Assembly (NCBI GenBank): GCA_045600905.1
Contig: JAZRYT010000134.1
Location: 2,930-66,929 of the forward strand
Origin: Bacteroidales bacterium
GTDB taxonomy: Bacteria; Bacteroidota; Bacteroidia; Bacteroidales; WCHB1-69
Direction of reading: 5' to 3'
Length of the DNA: 64,000 nt
The translations under genes and the position numbers were made by a program. The stretch's first letter is position 1. Each line of letters opens with the position of its first letter. The notes beneath the pieces are model-generated. The model had not been told where the DNA came from. It ran no database searches and saw only the letters and a list, made by a program, of their open reading frames with translations. Shown piece by piece: positions 1-10,626 of the stretch.

Positions 1-3000
1 CTACTGTTGAAGTTACTGTTGACTATAATACCGTATGTGCCGGTGGTCAAGTTACTGCTACTGCTCATCTTGGTGATTATAATATGCAAAACCTCACTTA
101 TCAATGGTTCAAGGGCGGTGAGCGTGTCGCTTGGGCTACAGAACCTACTTTCACTACCACTATTACCGAAGATAATACTGAGTTGAAAGTTGTTGTTACT
201 CAAACTCAAACACAATGTACAGCAGAAGGTTCTGCTTTCGTTCACTTGATGACTGCTCCTGCTGTTTCTTCCGTTATCGCTATCAATGGTTCTACTGTTG
301 CTGATGACGTTTGCGAAGGCGCAGAAATTACCGTTACTGCTCGCATTGATGGTGATGTAAATAACAATTACAACTACATTTGGACTGAAAATGGTCACGT
401 AATGCCTCTCGTTCACGGAGCTTCCTTCACTAAACAAATGTGGATTTTGGACAATGATCCTGCTACTTATACTTATGCAGCTGTCATCGATTACAATATC
501 CCTGGTTGCTCCGCTGACCCGATTGCTTCTAATACTGTTAATGTAAGACGTAATCCTATCGCTGTTATTGATGGTGTTCATAATGTATGCTTCCAAGGTG
601 TTAATACGCCTAACGTACATTTGACCGCTTGGGTTGACGGTGACTATGATCTCGACGCTACTTACAATTGGTATAGAAATGGTGCTTTGACCGGCAACGA
701 CCTTGCACACGATAACTATTTCAATGAAATGATTCACCCGACCAATAACGATCCGATTATCTACACAGTCGAAATTGTTAATGGTAATGGTTGTTCTTCA
801 TTCTCTGAACCATTCGAGGTTAACGTATTTGCTAAGCCAGTTGTCAATATTCTTGCTAACGAAACTCACGTTTGTCAAGGTGCTGAAGTCGTTCTTAATG
901 CTCGTCTTGATAACTATCACGATCCTATGTTGACTATTCAATGGTACGAAAATCAACCGAACAATGCTCATTTGCTCCACGGTCGTACACACGAATATGA
1001 AACATTCACTATGAATGAAACGACAACATTCTATGCACATGTTAAACATCTGCTTTCTGAAAATACTACTGAACACTCACTTTGTGACGCATTCGATACT
1101 ATTACTGTATTCGTCGTTGCTGATCCTATCGTTACTGTTGAAAATGATTTGAATGGCGAAAACGCTATCTGTGATGGCCGCGCTGTTACATTCACTGCTA
1201 CAGTAGAAGGTGGTGTTACCGGTGGTGAAGTCTTCACTTGGTACAGAAATGGTCAAGTTATTCCTAATGCTGTTGCTTCTGTATTCACTGAAACAGTTCA
1301 TGCTGAAAATGACTATCCTACTGTTTATAACTATGCAGTTTCTGTAAAACAAGCTGCTAGCGGTTGTGAATCTTCTGTCGTTCCTGCTGGTTCATTCACA
1401 GTTAATCCTAATCCGACCATCGTTATCGCAGCTGATCCTATCGTTTGTTCCGATGCTGAAGGTAATGTTCATTTGACTGCTAATGTAACTCCTGCTCCTG
1501 CATCTGATTATTCATTAACTTGGTATGAAGACAATGCAGTTATTGCTGGTCTTACTGCAAACGACATCGTTCTTACTCGTCCTTATAGAGATTATCCTTA
1601 TAATTTCAGCGTTTCTTTGGTTAACGATTACGGTTGCCAAGCTCTTGCTGAAACTCAAGTTTATGTTGATACAGCTCCTGTTATCAATATCACAGCTTCT
1701 GAAACTCAAATCTGTAATGGCGGTGAAGTTACGCTTACTGCTAATTTGAATAATTGGAACACACCGAATATGCAATATCAATGGTACGCTGATGGTGCTG
1801 CTATCGATGGCGCTACTTCCTTAACTTACACTGTTGTTCCTACCGCTACTACTGTTTACACAGTCTCCGCTCAACAACTCAACTCACTTTGCGCTGCAAC
1901 AAGCAACGAAGTAACAGTCAATGTTAACGCTGATCCTACTCTTACTGTTGCTGTTGACATCAATGATGTTGAAAACATCTGTGACGGTCGCGCTGTTACA
2001 TTCACTGCTACTGTTGCTGGTGGTGTTACCGGTGGTGAAGTATTCACATGGTACAGAAATGGTGTTGTAATTCCTAACGCTGTTGCTGCTACTTTCACTG
2101 AAACTGTACACGCTGAAAACAACTATCCTACTGAATACACTTACGCAGTTTCTGTTAAACAAACTGCTAATGGTTGTGAATCTAATGTTTCTAATTCTGT
2201 TACATTCACTGTTAACCCGAATCCGACAGTTGTTATCGCTACTGATCCTATCGTTTGCGTCAATACTAATGGTAACATCGAAATGACAGCTCACGTTGAT
2301 CCAATGCCTGCTACTCCTTATAGCTTTACTTGGTTCGAAGACAATGCAGTTATTCCTGGAGCTACTACCAACCATGTGGTTCTTACCCGCGCTTACAGAG
2401 ATTATCCTTACAACTTCAGCGTTGCTTTGGTTAACGATTATGGTTGTCAGGCTGTCGCTGAAGCTCACGTATATGTTGATGAAAATCCTGTTGTAGCTAT
2501 ATCTGCAACTGAAAGCGACATTTGCGTTGGCGGCGAAGTTACCTTGAATGCTAACTTGAACAACTGGAACACCCCGAACATGCTTTACCAATGGTTTGAC
2601 AATGGTGAAGAGATCGTCGGTGCTACTTCTCTGAATTACACTGTTGCTCCTACTCATGGTTCTCACGCTTACACATTCGCTGTTGAACAAATCAACTCCG
2701 GTTGTGCTGCTACAAGTAGTTCTGAAACTGTTACCGTTCATAACGATCCTAGAATTGCTAGTGTTTCAAATGACATTCCTCAATCTCGTCAATTGTGCGA
2801 CGGTCGTTCTGTTACATTCACTGCTCACGTTCAAGGTGGTGTTACCGGTGGTGAAGTTTACACTTGGTACAGAAACGGTGTAGTTATTCCTAACGCTGTT
2901 GCTGCTACTTTCACTGAAACAGTTCACGCTGAAAACGATTATCCTACTACTTATTCATACGCAGTTTCTGTAAGACAATCTGCTAACGGTTGTGAATCTG

Positions 3001-6000
3001 ATGTTCGCAACGCTGGTACTGTCACAGTTAATCCTAATCCTACAGTTGTTATTGCTACCGATCCTATCGTTTGCGAAAATGGTCGCCGCAATTTCAACAA
3101 TATTCACATGACTGCTAATGTTTATCCTGCTCCTACTACAAACTACACCTTCACTTGGTTTGAAGATAATGCAGTTATTAATGGCGCATCCGGTAATCAT
3201 AACCAGAATTTGAATATTTCTCGTGAATTTAGAGATTATCCTTACAACTTCTCTGTTGCATTGGTTAACAACTATGGTTGCCAAGCTGAAGCTGAAGCTA
3301 CTGTTTATGTTGATGAAGCTCCTGTTGTAAATATCGTTGCTTCTGAAACGAACATTTGCGAAGGCGGTGAAATCACTCTTACTGCTAATTTGAATAACTG
3401 GAATACACCTAATATGCAATATCAGTGGTATGACAATAACCATGCAATTGCTGGTGCTACTTCCTTAACTTACACTGTTGTTCCTGCTATTGGTAATCAT
3501 CGTTACACATTCTCCGCTGAACAACTTAATTCTCATTGCCACGCTACAAGTAATGTTGCTAACGTTACTGTTAATGCTGATCCTGTTATCGAATCCGTTA
3601 CACTTTCTGATTACATTGTTTGCCAAGGCGCTCAAATCGCTGTTACAGCAAATGCAGGTAATTATGTTCCTTCTTCAGACGATGTTTACACATGGTACAG
3701 AAATGGTGTCGTAATTGCTGGTGCTACTTCTCAAACAATTTATGATTCTCCTGTAACTGTTGATAATAATACTCAACAATTCATCTACAGCGCTGTTGTT
3801 ACAAGAGCTGCTGCTGGTTGTACTTCTCAACCTGTTGCTGCTAATGCTCTCACAATCTATCCGAACCCGACAGTTGTTATTACTGGTGATCAACACGTTT
3901 GCGAAACAGATTCTATCTTCTTGATCGCTAATGTTGATACTATCGGTGCTAATGTTGGTACATTACATTACACTTGGTATGAAAGCGGTATGATTAGAGA
4001 CAATATGGCTTACCATCTTGGTGATAACAGATTCTATGGTGAATACTGGTATCCTCGTACTGAACCTTACAGATTCACTGTTGAAGTTCAGAGAGACGAT
4101 GTCGCTTCTGCTTGCGCTGCAAGATCTGCTGAATTCTTAGTTTACGTTTACCCGCAACCTGTTGTTAACATTACTGCTAACGAAACAGAAATCTGCGAAA
4201 ACGGTGAAGTTACTTTGACAGCTAACCTTGTTGATCCTAACGCTGAAAATATCGTTTATCAATGGTATGAAGTTAGATCTCGCGTTGATTCATTTGCTGT
4301 AGCTTACGATGAAAATCACAACTACGTATATGAATACAGAATTACTGATTATCGTTACGATATTCCTGGTGCTAATTCAGCTACTTATACAGCTAATTAT
4401 GCTAACACTACAACAATGGGTGTTGTTGTAATGCAAACTCCTTCTACTTGTACGGATAATGATGAAATCGTTATTACGGTTAATCCTCGTCCTGTTGTTA
4501 CTAATGTTACTGTTAACAATGCTGGTGCTGCTACAGTTTGCGAAGGCGCTCAAGTAGAACTTGCTGCAACTATCGAACCTGCTGATGCACAAGGTGCTAT
4601 TTTCACATGGCTCAGAGATGGTATCGAAATTGCTGGTGCTAACTTGAGCACATTCAGTGAAAATGTTTACACAACTGACAACCAAGTAACAACTCACGTC
4701 TATACTGCTATGGTTACGCTTCCTGCTTCTGGTTGTGTTTCTAATATCTCTACTGCACATGCTGATGTTACTGTAAATCCTGCTCCTTCTACAGTTACCA
4801 TTTCTGGTAATAATGTAATTTGCGAAAATGATTCTACAGACCTCTATGTTTATACTGATGTTGATGCTACAGTCGTTTGGTCTAATGGCTCTCACGAATC
4901 TTCTATCCGCGTTCCTGCTGGCGTTTATACCGCTACAGTCGTTACTGCTGAAGGTTGTGAAATGACTTCTGAAGCATTCACAGTTACAGCATTTGGCTCT
5001 GACCTCTTCGTCACTGCTTCCGAAACTTCTATCTGCCAAGGTGAACATACTACATTGTATGCTAACCAAGATGGTTTTGTTGGTAATGTTACTTATCGTT
5101 GGGATGCAAATGCTAATAATAGCACTTCTACCACAGTTGACGTTCAACCGACAGAAACTACAACTTACCACGTTACTGCTACAGTTAACTCTACGAATGG
5201 TTCTTGCTCTGTTGATGGTGAAATTACTATCATCGTTAACCAATTACCTGCTCAAGTTACCGTAACTGCTAATGAAGATGCAATTTGTCAAAATCAACAA
5301 ATCACCTTCACTGCTTCTGGTGATGCAAGTGCTTACGTATGGTATCAAAATGGTGTTGAAATCGCTGGTGAAAACCAAGCTACCATCACTGTTAACTTTG
5401 CTGAAGCTGGTACTTACACATTCGCTGCTAAGGCTGTAAGTGATAATGGTTGTACTTCTGCTATTGCTTCAGAACCTGTTACTGTAACGATTAATCCTGC
5501 TCCTGCTACTGTTTCTATCACTGGTAACAATGTGATTTGTGAAAATGACTTTTCTGTTCTCACAGCTCATTCTGACGTTGCTGGTACATTCACTTGGAAT
5601 GATGGTACACAAGGCGCTACTAAGACTGTTGAAGCTGGTGTTTACAATGTTACTTTGACAACTGCTGAAGGTTGCCAAATGACTTCTGATAACTTCACAG
5701 TTACTTCTTTTGGTGCTGCTGTTCAAGTGACTGCTTCTGAAACAGCTATTTGCGCAGGTGAACACACTACTCTCTATGTCGCTGAATATGGCTGGCAAGG
5801 TAATGTGGTTTACACTTGGTCTAACGGTTCTCACGCTAGCTCAATCGATGTTACTCCTGCTGTTACTACTACATACTATGTAACTTCTACAGTTAACTCT
5901 TCTAACGGTTCTTGCAGCCGCGTTGATTCTATCACTATCGTAGTCGCTCCTACACCTGCTCAAGTTGAAGTTACTGCTTCCGCTTCTGCAGTTTGCGAAG

Positions 6001-9000
6001 GCGAACAAGTAACACTCACTGCTTCTGGTAGTGCTAGTGCATACGTATGGTATCAAAATGGTGTTGTAATTCCTGGTGAAAACCAAGCTGTTCTCACTGT
6101 TAACTTCCCTGTCGCTGGTACTTATACATTCGCTGTTAAGGCTGTTAGTGAATCTGGTTGCGAATCTGCAGTTGCTTCTGCTCCTGTAACTGTTACTGTT
6201 AATGCTGCTCCTCAATCTGTTACTATTAGCGGTAACCTTGATATCTGCGGTACTGGTCATACTACTTTGTATGCAAATGTTACTCCTAACATCGCTGGTG
6301 CTACTTATCAATGGTATAAGGATAACCAACTCGCTGGTACTGGTCATTTCTTGACAGTCACTGAAGCTGGTTCTTATAAGGTTGAAGTATCTACTAATGG
6401 TTGTTCAGCAGTTTCTGAAGCTGTTAACGTAACAGTTCAAGATGCTCCTCAATTGCAACTTACTGCAACTCAAACAACAATTTGTCAAAACGGTACTACA
6501 GTTATCACTGCTCAAGCTACTGGTTGGAATAATAATGATATGAACTACAACTGGAGCAACGGCTTCAACGGTTCTGTTTACACATTCAATCCTACTGCTG
6601 CTGGTGATTACACATTCACGGTTGTTGCTTCTCAATCTACTTCTGGTTGTACCGCTTCTGATGATATTACAATCCATGTTAATGCTGCTCCAGCTGCTCC
6701 TGCTATCACGGTTAACAATGCTGTTGTTTGCGAAGGTGCTCAAATTACTTTGACCCTCGTTGACACGAACACTGTGAACTATGGTACTCCGACTATTACT
6801 TGGTTCGAAGATGGTGCTCTTATCGCTGGTTCTCAAAATGTAATCAATGTTACTCCTACTATCGGTAACCATACATTCAATGCTACAGTTACCTATCCAA
6901 ATGAAGGTTGTAACACTGCTTACTCTGAATATGTAAATGTTACTGTTCTCCCGACTCCTACAGTTGCAGTTGTTACTACTGGTAACACTACTATCTGCAA
7001 TGGCGGTAGCACTACATTTACTGCTAATGTAACTCCTGCTAACGGTACTTACGCTTATCAATGGTTAGTTGATAACGTTGCTATCTCTGGTGCAAATGCT
7101 GCTTCCTATACTGTTGCTGATGCAATCGCTCGTGAAACTGCTTACAACTATTCTGTTGTTGTCACTTCACTTCCTGGTTGTGTTGCTACAGCTAATGCTC
7201 CTGCACTCAATGTTGTTGCTGATCCTGTTGTTGTTGCTTCTGTTGACAATAACATTATCTGCGAAGGCGGTCAAGTTACTTTGAATGTCACCGTTGATGG
7301 TGGTATTGCTAATGTTAATGGTTTGAATGGTTACACATTCGCTTGGTATAACAACAATGATAATGCTGAAGTTTCTGCTAATACTCCTTCATTCACCGTT
7401 GCTGCTAATACTCCTGGTAACTATGCTTACTATGTTGTTGTAACATCTCCTTACGGTTGTCAGACAATTTCTAATGTTGTTAACTATTCTGTTGTTGCTG
7501 ATCCTACTGTTAATGTTGCCGTTGCTAATGGTTATCCTACTACAGTTTGCGAAGGCGGTGCTACTATGTTAGTCGCTAACGTTAACGGTGGTTATGGTGA
7601 AGCTTCTTATCAATGGTTCAAGAACGGTGTTGCTATGGTTGGTGAAAACAATCAAACTCTCGCCGTTAATGATCTCGACTTCGTTTACACAGTTGAAGTT
7701 GCTCAAGCTGGTGTTAACTGTGCTGCTTCTTCTAACAATACTGTTAATCCGTTCACAGTTGCTCCTGCTTACACCGTTGCTATCTCTGGTAACAGCAATG
7801 TATGTCCTGGCGGTTCTGTAACATTGACAGCTACTGTAAACAACGTCCTCAGTGGTGATGCTCCTACTTACCAATGGTACAGAGTTGCTAATGGTGCTGG
7901 TGTTGCTATCAATGGCGCTACATCTGCTACTTACACAACTGAAGCTCTCCTCCTTGGTGGTAGCTACGATTACTATGTTGAAGTTACTAGCGCAATTTCC
8001 GGATGCTCTGTTGTATCCAGCACAGTTACTGCTAACGTAATTGCAGAACCTGTTGTTGAAATCAACGGTGCTCACAACATTTGCGAAGGTGAACTTACTC
8101 TCAATGCATTTGTCAACGGTGGTGTTGAAGGTGCTGACTATACATACGTATGGAATTGGACTGGTGCTGCTAACGGTCAAACTGTTACTGCTACTCCTAC
8201 TCTCACACGTAACTTTACTGCTAATGACCTCGCTACTCCTTACTTCTTTACAGTAAGTATTAATCGTAACGATAATACTGGTTGTGGCGCTGCTTCTGAA
8301 GCATTCGAAGTTAATGTATATTCTACTCCTGATGTTACCATCTCTGCTAACAATACTACAGTATGTGCTGGTGGTGATGTTACATTCACTGCTAATATCA
8401 GCAATAATAACGGTGGTGCTTACAACTACAACTGGACGATCAACGGCGAATCCGTTGCTTCTAACGCTGCTTCTGTAACAACCTCTCTTGAAAATGCTGG
8501 TGTTATCAACGCTACTGTTACTGTAACTGCTGCTAACGCAAGCGCTGCTTGTGCTGCAACTGCTACTTCTTCTGTTCCTGTTCAAGTTGTTGCTGATCCT
8601 GTTGTAACAATTACTGCTATCCATGCTGCAATGTGTGCTGGTGGTACAACAACACTCAATGCCAATGTTAATGGCGCTATCGCTGGTGATTATTCTTATC
8701 AGTGGGCTATCAACGGTATTGAAGTTGCTGGTGCTGTTGCTCAACAATTCGTACAACAACTCGACCAAGCTGGTACATACACTTATACCGTAAGAGTTGC
8801 TCAAAACAACAACCTCGGTTGCGCTTCTGAATGGTCTGCTCCTGCTACTGTTCTCGTCGCTGAACAACCTGTTGTTGCTCTCAACAATGCTGATGGTCTC
8901 GATATCTGCGTTGGTGGCCAAGTTACCTTGAATGGTACTGTCACGAACTATGGTAATACTGTTAATGGTGTTCTTAACAGCACTGTTTACGGTCCGATGA

Positions 9001-10547
9001 CTTATACATGGCTCTCTAATGGTACTACAGCTCAAACTAATGCTAACGTAAATGCTGGCAATAATCAATTGACCCAAACTATCAATACAATTGGTAACTA
9101 TGGTTACTCAGTAGTTGTTACTCCTACAGGCTATGCTTGTCAACCTGCTGCTTCCAATGTTGTTACTGTTGGTGTTGTTGGTAATCCTACTTGGACTGAT
9201 GTTCACGTATATTATCCTGACGTTTGCGCTGGTCATCAAGTTGATCTCGTTGCTAACATCGAAGGTGGTGTATTCGATAACTCTGGTAGCTCCAATGGTT
9301 ATATCCAATGGACTGTTACTACTAACGGCGTAACCGCTAATGTTGCTGGTGGCCAAGGTGGTACTTCCTACGACATTCCTGCTGTTGCTGGTAACTACAT
9401 TTACACTCCGACATTCGTTGGCAATATTGGCAATGGCTGTCAATTCACTAACACTGCTGATGTACAACAACCTGTAACTGTTCACGCTGTTCCTACAGCT
9501 GAATTCGTTGCTGGTGATGGCGCTACAATCTGTGGTAACGATCCTGACGCTTCTGTCGAAATGGTTATCGCATTCACAGGTGGTGCTCCTTACACATTCG
9601 ACATCGTTGATGTTATGAATATGACTACATTACCGTATCATACTTCTGCTACTGACACCTTCACGTTCTATGTTGCTCCGTCTGCTACTACAGTTTACAG
9701 AATAGTTTCTGTTGCTAATGTATATTGTGGAAACGAAGATCTCGGCGCAGCTGCTGAAGCTACTGTTAATGTTAACGCTGTTGAATTTGCTCAAACTACA
9801 TTCAGACCTGTTAACTGCGGCGAAAATGTTGTTATCAACTTCAATATCACATCCGGTAGCCAAACTGATGCTTATCAAGTTATCGAAAACGGTAACGTTA
9901 TCGCTACTGGTAATGTAAGCGCTAACACCATCGTTATTCCTGACGGTCTCTTGAGCGAAGGTTCTCACAACTTGACTCTCGTCATCGGTGGTTGTACTTA
10001 TAATGTAACAGTTATTATTCCTGTTGATCCTGCTTCTTCTGAAATCTTCGGTGAGAACTTGATGGATCAAAGATGGGACGATGTTGCTATCATTGACCTG
10101 AACGCTAATCCTCGTTATAAATTCGTTGGATTCCAGTGGTACAGAAATAATGAGCTCATCCCTGGTGCAATCTATAAGAACTACCAAGAAGAAGGTGGCT
10201 TGAACGGATTCTACTCTGTTGAAATTACTGCTCTTGATAACGAAACCGGCGAAATGGTTACATTCTTCACCTGTCCTCGTAACTTCACTTCAGTTTCCAA
10301 CATGAAGGTATATCCTGTTCCTGCTACAGTACAACAAGTTGTTACAATCGAACTTGATTTAACTGCTGAAGAACTCGATGGTGCAGTTCTCGATATTTTC
10401 GATGCAACTGGTAAACTCATCAACCACGTTACTGACCTTCAACCTGTAACTAGAATTGCTGGCTTCAAGGCTCAGGGTACTTACTTCGGACGTATCTTGA
10501 CAGGTACAAATGAAATCAAGACTGTTAAATTCGTTATCGTAAAATAA
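1..10547 (+). CDS. Giant repetitive cell-surface/adhesin-like protein, 5'-partial (>3,510 aa). About 40 Ig-like beta-sandwich repeats plus a C-terminal T9SS type-A sorting domain.
   Basis: The frame of ORF 84..10547 stays open back to nt 3 (TVEVTVDYNTVCAGGQVTATAHLGDYN precedes the first Met), so the 5' end lies outside the window. The body is an ~80-95 aa module repeated with the pattern C-x-G-x-x-V-T-[LF]-T-A ... Y-x-W-[YF]-x-N-G-x-x-I-x-G-A-T ... Y-T ... G-C. The last ~80 aa (KVYPVPATVQQVVTIELD...GTYFGRILTGTNEIKTVKFVIVK) fit the Por_Secre_tail / type-A CTD pattern. Confidence 0.85.
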   Translation, partial: TVEVTVDYNTVCAGGQVTATAHLGDYNMQNLTYQWFKGGERVAWATEPTFTTTITEDNTELKVVVTQTQTQCTAEGSAFVHLMTAPAVSSVIAINGSTVADDVCEGAEITVTARIDGDVNNNYNYIWTENGHVMPLVHGASFTKQMWILDNDPATYTYAAVIDYNIPGCSADPIASNTVNVRRNPIAVIDGVHNVCFQGVNTPNVHLTAWVDGDYDLDATYNWYRNGALTGNDLAHDNYFNEMIHPTNNDPIIYTVEIVNGNGCSSFSEPFEVNVFAKPVVNILANETHVCQGAEVVLNARLDNYHDPMLTIQWYENQPNNAHLLHGRTHEYETFTMNETTTFYAHVKHLLSENTTEHSLCDAFDTITVFVVADPIVTVENDLNGENAICDGRAVTFTATVEGGVTGGEVFTWYRNGQVIPNAVASVFTETVHAENDYPTVYNYAVSVKQAASGCESSVVPAGSFTVNPNPTIVIAADPIVCSDAEGNVHLTANVTPAPASDYSLTWYEDNAVIAGLTANDIVLTRPYRDYPYNFSVSLVNDYGCQALAETQVYVDTAPVINITASETQICNGGEVTLTANLNNWNTPNMQYQWYADGAAIDGATSLTYTVVPTATTVYTVSAQQLNSLCAATSNEVTVNVNADPTLTVAVDINDVENICDGRAVTFTATVAGGVTGGEVFTWYRNGVVIPNAVAATFTETVHAENNYPTEYTYAVSVKQTANGCESNVSNSVTFTVNPNPTVVIATDPIVCVNTNGNIEMTAHVDPMPATPYSFTWFEDNAVIPGATTNHVVLTRAYRDYPYNFSVALVNDYGCQAVAEAHVYVDENPVVAISATESDICVGGEVTLNANLNNWNTPNMLYQWFDNGEEIVGATSLNYTVAPTHGSHAYTFAVEQINSGCAATSSSETVTVHNDPRIASVSNDIPQSRQLCDGRSVTFTAHVQGGVTGGEVYTWYRNGVVIPNAVAATFTETVHAENDYPTTYSYAVSVRQSANGCESDVRNAGTVTVNPNPTVVIATDPIVCENGRRNFNNIHMTANVYPAPTTNYTFTWFEDNAVINGASGNHNQNLNISREFRDYPYNFSVALVNNYGCQAEAEATVYVDEAPVVNIVASETNICEGGEITLTANLNNWNTPNMQYQWYDNNHAIAGATSLTYTVVPAIGNHRYTFSAEQLNSHCHATSNVANVTVNADPVIESVTLSDYIVCQGAQIAVTANAGNYVPSSDDVYTWYRNGVVIAGATSQTIYDSPVTVDNNTQQFIYSAVVTRAAAGCTSQPVAANALTIYPNPTVVITGDQHVCETDSIFLIANVDTIGANVGTLHYTWYESGMIRDNMAYHLGDNRFYGEYWYPRTEPYRFTVEVQRDDVASACAARSAEFLVYVYPQPVVNITANETEICENGEVTLTANLVDPNAENIVYQWYEVRSRVDSFAVAYDENHNYVYEYRITDYRYDIPGANSATYTANYANTTTMGVVVMQTPSTCTDNDEIVITVNPRPVVTNVTVNNAGAATVCEGAQVELAATIEPADAQGAIFTWLRDGIEIAGANLSTFSENVYTTDNQVTTHVYTAMVTLPASGCVSNISTAHADVTVNPAPSTVTISGNNVICENDSTDLYVYTDVDATVVWSNGSHESSIRVPAGVYTATVVTAEGCEMTSEAFTVTAFGSDLFVTASETSICQGEHTTLYANQDGFVGNVTYRWDANANNSTSTTVDVQPTETTTYHVTATVNSTNGSCSVDGEITIIVNQLPAQVTVTANEDAICQNQQITFTASGDASAYVWYQNGVEIAGENQATITVNFAEAGTYTFAAKAVSDNGCTSAIASEPVTVTINPAPATVSITGNNVICENDFSVLTAHSDVAGTFTWNDGTQGATKTVEAGVYNVTLTTAEGCQMTSDNFTVTSFGAAVQVTASETAICAGEHTTLYVAEYGWQGNVVYTWSNGSHASSIDVTPAVTTTYYVTSTVNSSNGSCSRVDSITIVVAPTPAQVEVTASASAVCEGEQVTLTASGSASAYVWYQNGVVIPGENQAVLTVNFPVAGTYTFAVKAVSESGCESAVASAPVTVTVNAAPQSVTISGNLDICGTGHTTLYANVTPNIAGATYQWYKDNQLAGTGHFLTVTEAGSYKVEVSTNGCSAVSEAVNVTVQDAPQLQLTATQTTICQNGTTVITAQATGWNNNDMNYNWSNGFNGSVYTFNPTAAGDYTFTVVASQSTSGCTASDDITIHVNAAPAAPAITVNNAVVCEGAQITLTLVDTNTVNYGTPTITWFEDGALIAGSQNVINVTPTIGNHTFNATVTYPNEGCNTAYSEYVNVTVLPTPTVAVVTTGNTTICNGGSTTFTANVTPANGTYAYQWLVDNVAISGANAASYTVADAIARETAYNYSVVVTSLPGCVATANAPALNVVADPVVVASVDNNIICEGGQVTLNVTVDGGIANVNGLNGYTFAWYNNNDNAEVSANTPSFTVAANTPGNYAYYVVVTSPYGCQTISNVVNYSVVADPTVNVAVANGYPTTVCEGGATMLVANVNGGYGEASYQWFKNGVAMVGENNQTLAVNDLDFVYTVEVAQAGVNCAASSNNTVNPFTVAPAYTVAISGNSNVCPGGSVTLTATVNNVLSGDAPTYQWYRVANGAGVAINGATSATYTTEALLLGGSYDYYVEVTSAISGCSVVSSTVTANVIAEPVVEINGAHNICEGELTLNAFVNGGVEGADYTYVWNWTGAANGQTVTATPTLTRNFTANDLATPYFFTVSINRNDNTGCGAASEAFEVNVYSTPDVTISANNTTVCAGGDVTFTANISNNNGGAYNYNWTINGESVASNAASVTTSLENAGVINATVTVTAANASAACAATATSSVPVQVVADPVVTITAIHAAMCAGGTTTLNANVNGAIAGDYSYQWAINGIEVAGAVAQQFVQQLDQAGTYTYTVRVAQNNNLGCASEWSAPATVLVAEQPVVALNNADGLDICVGGQVTLNGTVTNYGNTVNGVLNSTVYGPMTYTWLSNGTTAQTNANVNAGNNQLTQTINTIGNYGYSVVVTPTGYACQPAASNVVTVGVVGNPTWTDVHVYYPDVCAGHQVDLVANIEGGVFDNSGSSNGYIQWTVTTNGVTANVAGGQGGTSYDIPAVAGNYIYTPTFVGNIGNGCQFTNTADVQQPVTVHAVPTAEFVAGDGATICGNDPDASVEMVIAFTGGAPYTFDIVDVMNMTTLPYHTSATDTFTFYVAPSATTVYRIVSVANVYCGNEDLGAAAEATVNVNAVEFAQTTFRPVNCGENVVINFNITSGSQTDAYQVIENGNVIATGNVSANTIVIPDGLLSEGSHNLTLVIGGCTYNVTVIIPVDPASSEIFGENLMDQRWDDVAIIDLNANPRYKFVGFQWYRNNELIPGAIYKNYQEEGGLNGFYSVEITALDNETGEMVTFFTCPRNFTSVSNMKVYPVPATVQQVVTIELDLTAEELDGAVLDIFDATGKLINHVTDLQPVTRIAGFKAQGTYFGRILTGTNEIKTVKFVIVK
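1120..3590 (+). repeat. Intragenic super-repeat: 3 tandem units of 810-816 nt (270-272 aa, about three Ig-like domains per unit)
   Basis: The anchor motif [IL]-C-D-G-R-[AS]-V-T-F-T-A-x-V-x-G-G-V-T-G-G-E-V-[FY]-T-W-Y-R-N-G recurs at nt 1167, 1977 and 2793. Long identical DNA stretches are shared (e.g. ggtggtgttaccggtggtgaag). Unit boundaries are approximate. Confidence 0.8.
4779..6212 (+). repeat. Intragenic super-repeat: 2 tandem units of 717 nt (239 aa)
   Basis: P-A-P-[SA]-T-V-[TS]-I-[ST]-G-N-N-V-I-C-E-N-D begins at nt 4779 and again at 5496. Both units continue through TASET-x-IC-x-GEHTTLY and SAYVWYQNGV-x-I-x-GENQA segments. Confidence 0.8.
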
Positions 10548-10559
10548 TTTGAAATCCTA

Positions 10560-10582
10560 GGGTGGTGGCAACTCCACCACCC
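10560..10582 (+). terminator. Hairpin just after the giant gene (weak terminator candidate, no clear T-run)
   Basis: gggtggtgg (10560-10568) / caact loop / ccaccaccc (10574-10582) forms a perfect 9-bp GC-rich stem 13 nt after the TAA. It is followed by gggaatttcatc rather than a U-tract. Confidence 0.35.
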
Positions 10583-10626
10583 GGGAATTTCATCATTGAA
10601 TTGATAAATAAGAAAAAGAATATATT

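Noticed and set aside
798-10423. Many long antisense or off-frame ORFs inside the giant adhesin gene (e.g. 7569-9077 minus, 502 aa; 1884-2741 minus, 285 aa; 4377-5243 minus, 288 aa)
   Set aside because: Their translations are low-complexity (S/N/I/C/R-rich) with no motifs. They exist because the sense strand avoids TTA/CTA/TCA codons. The sense frame has clear domain periodicity and a T9SS CTD.
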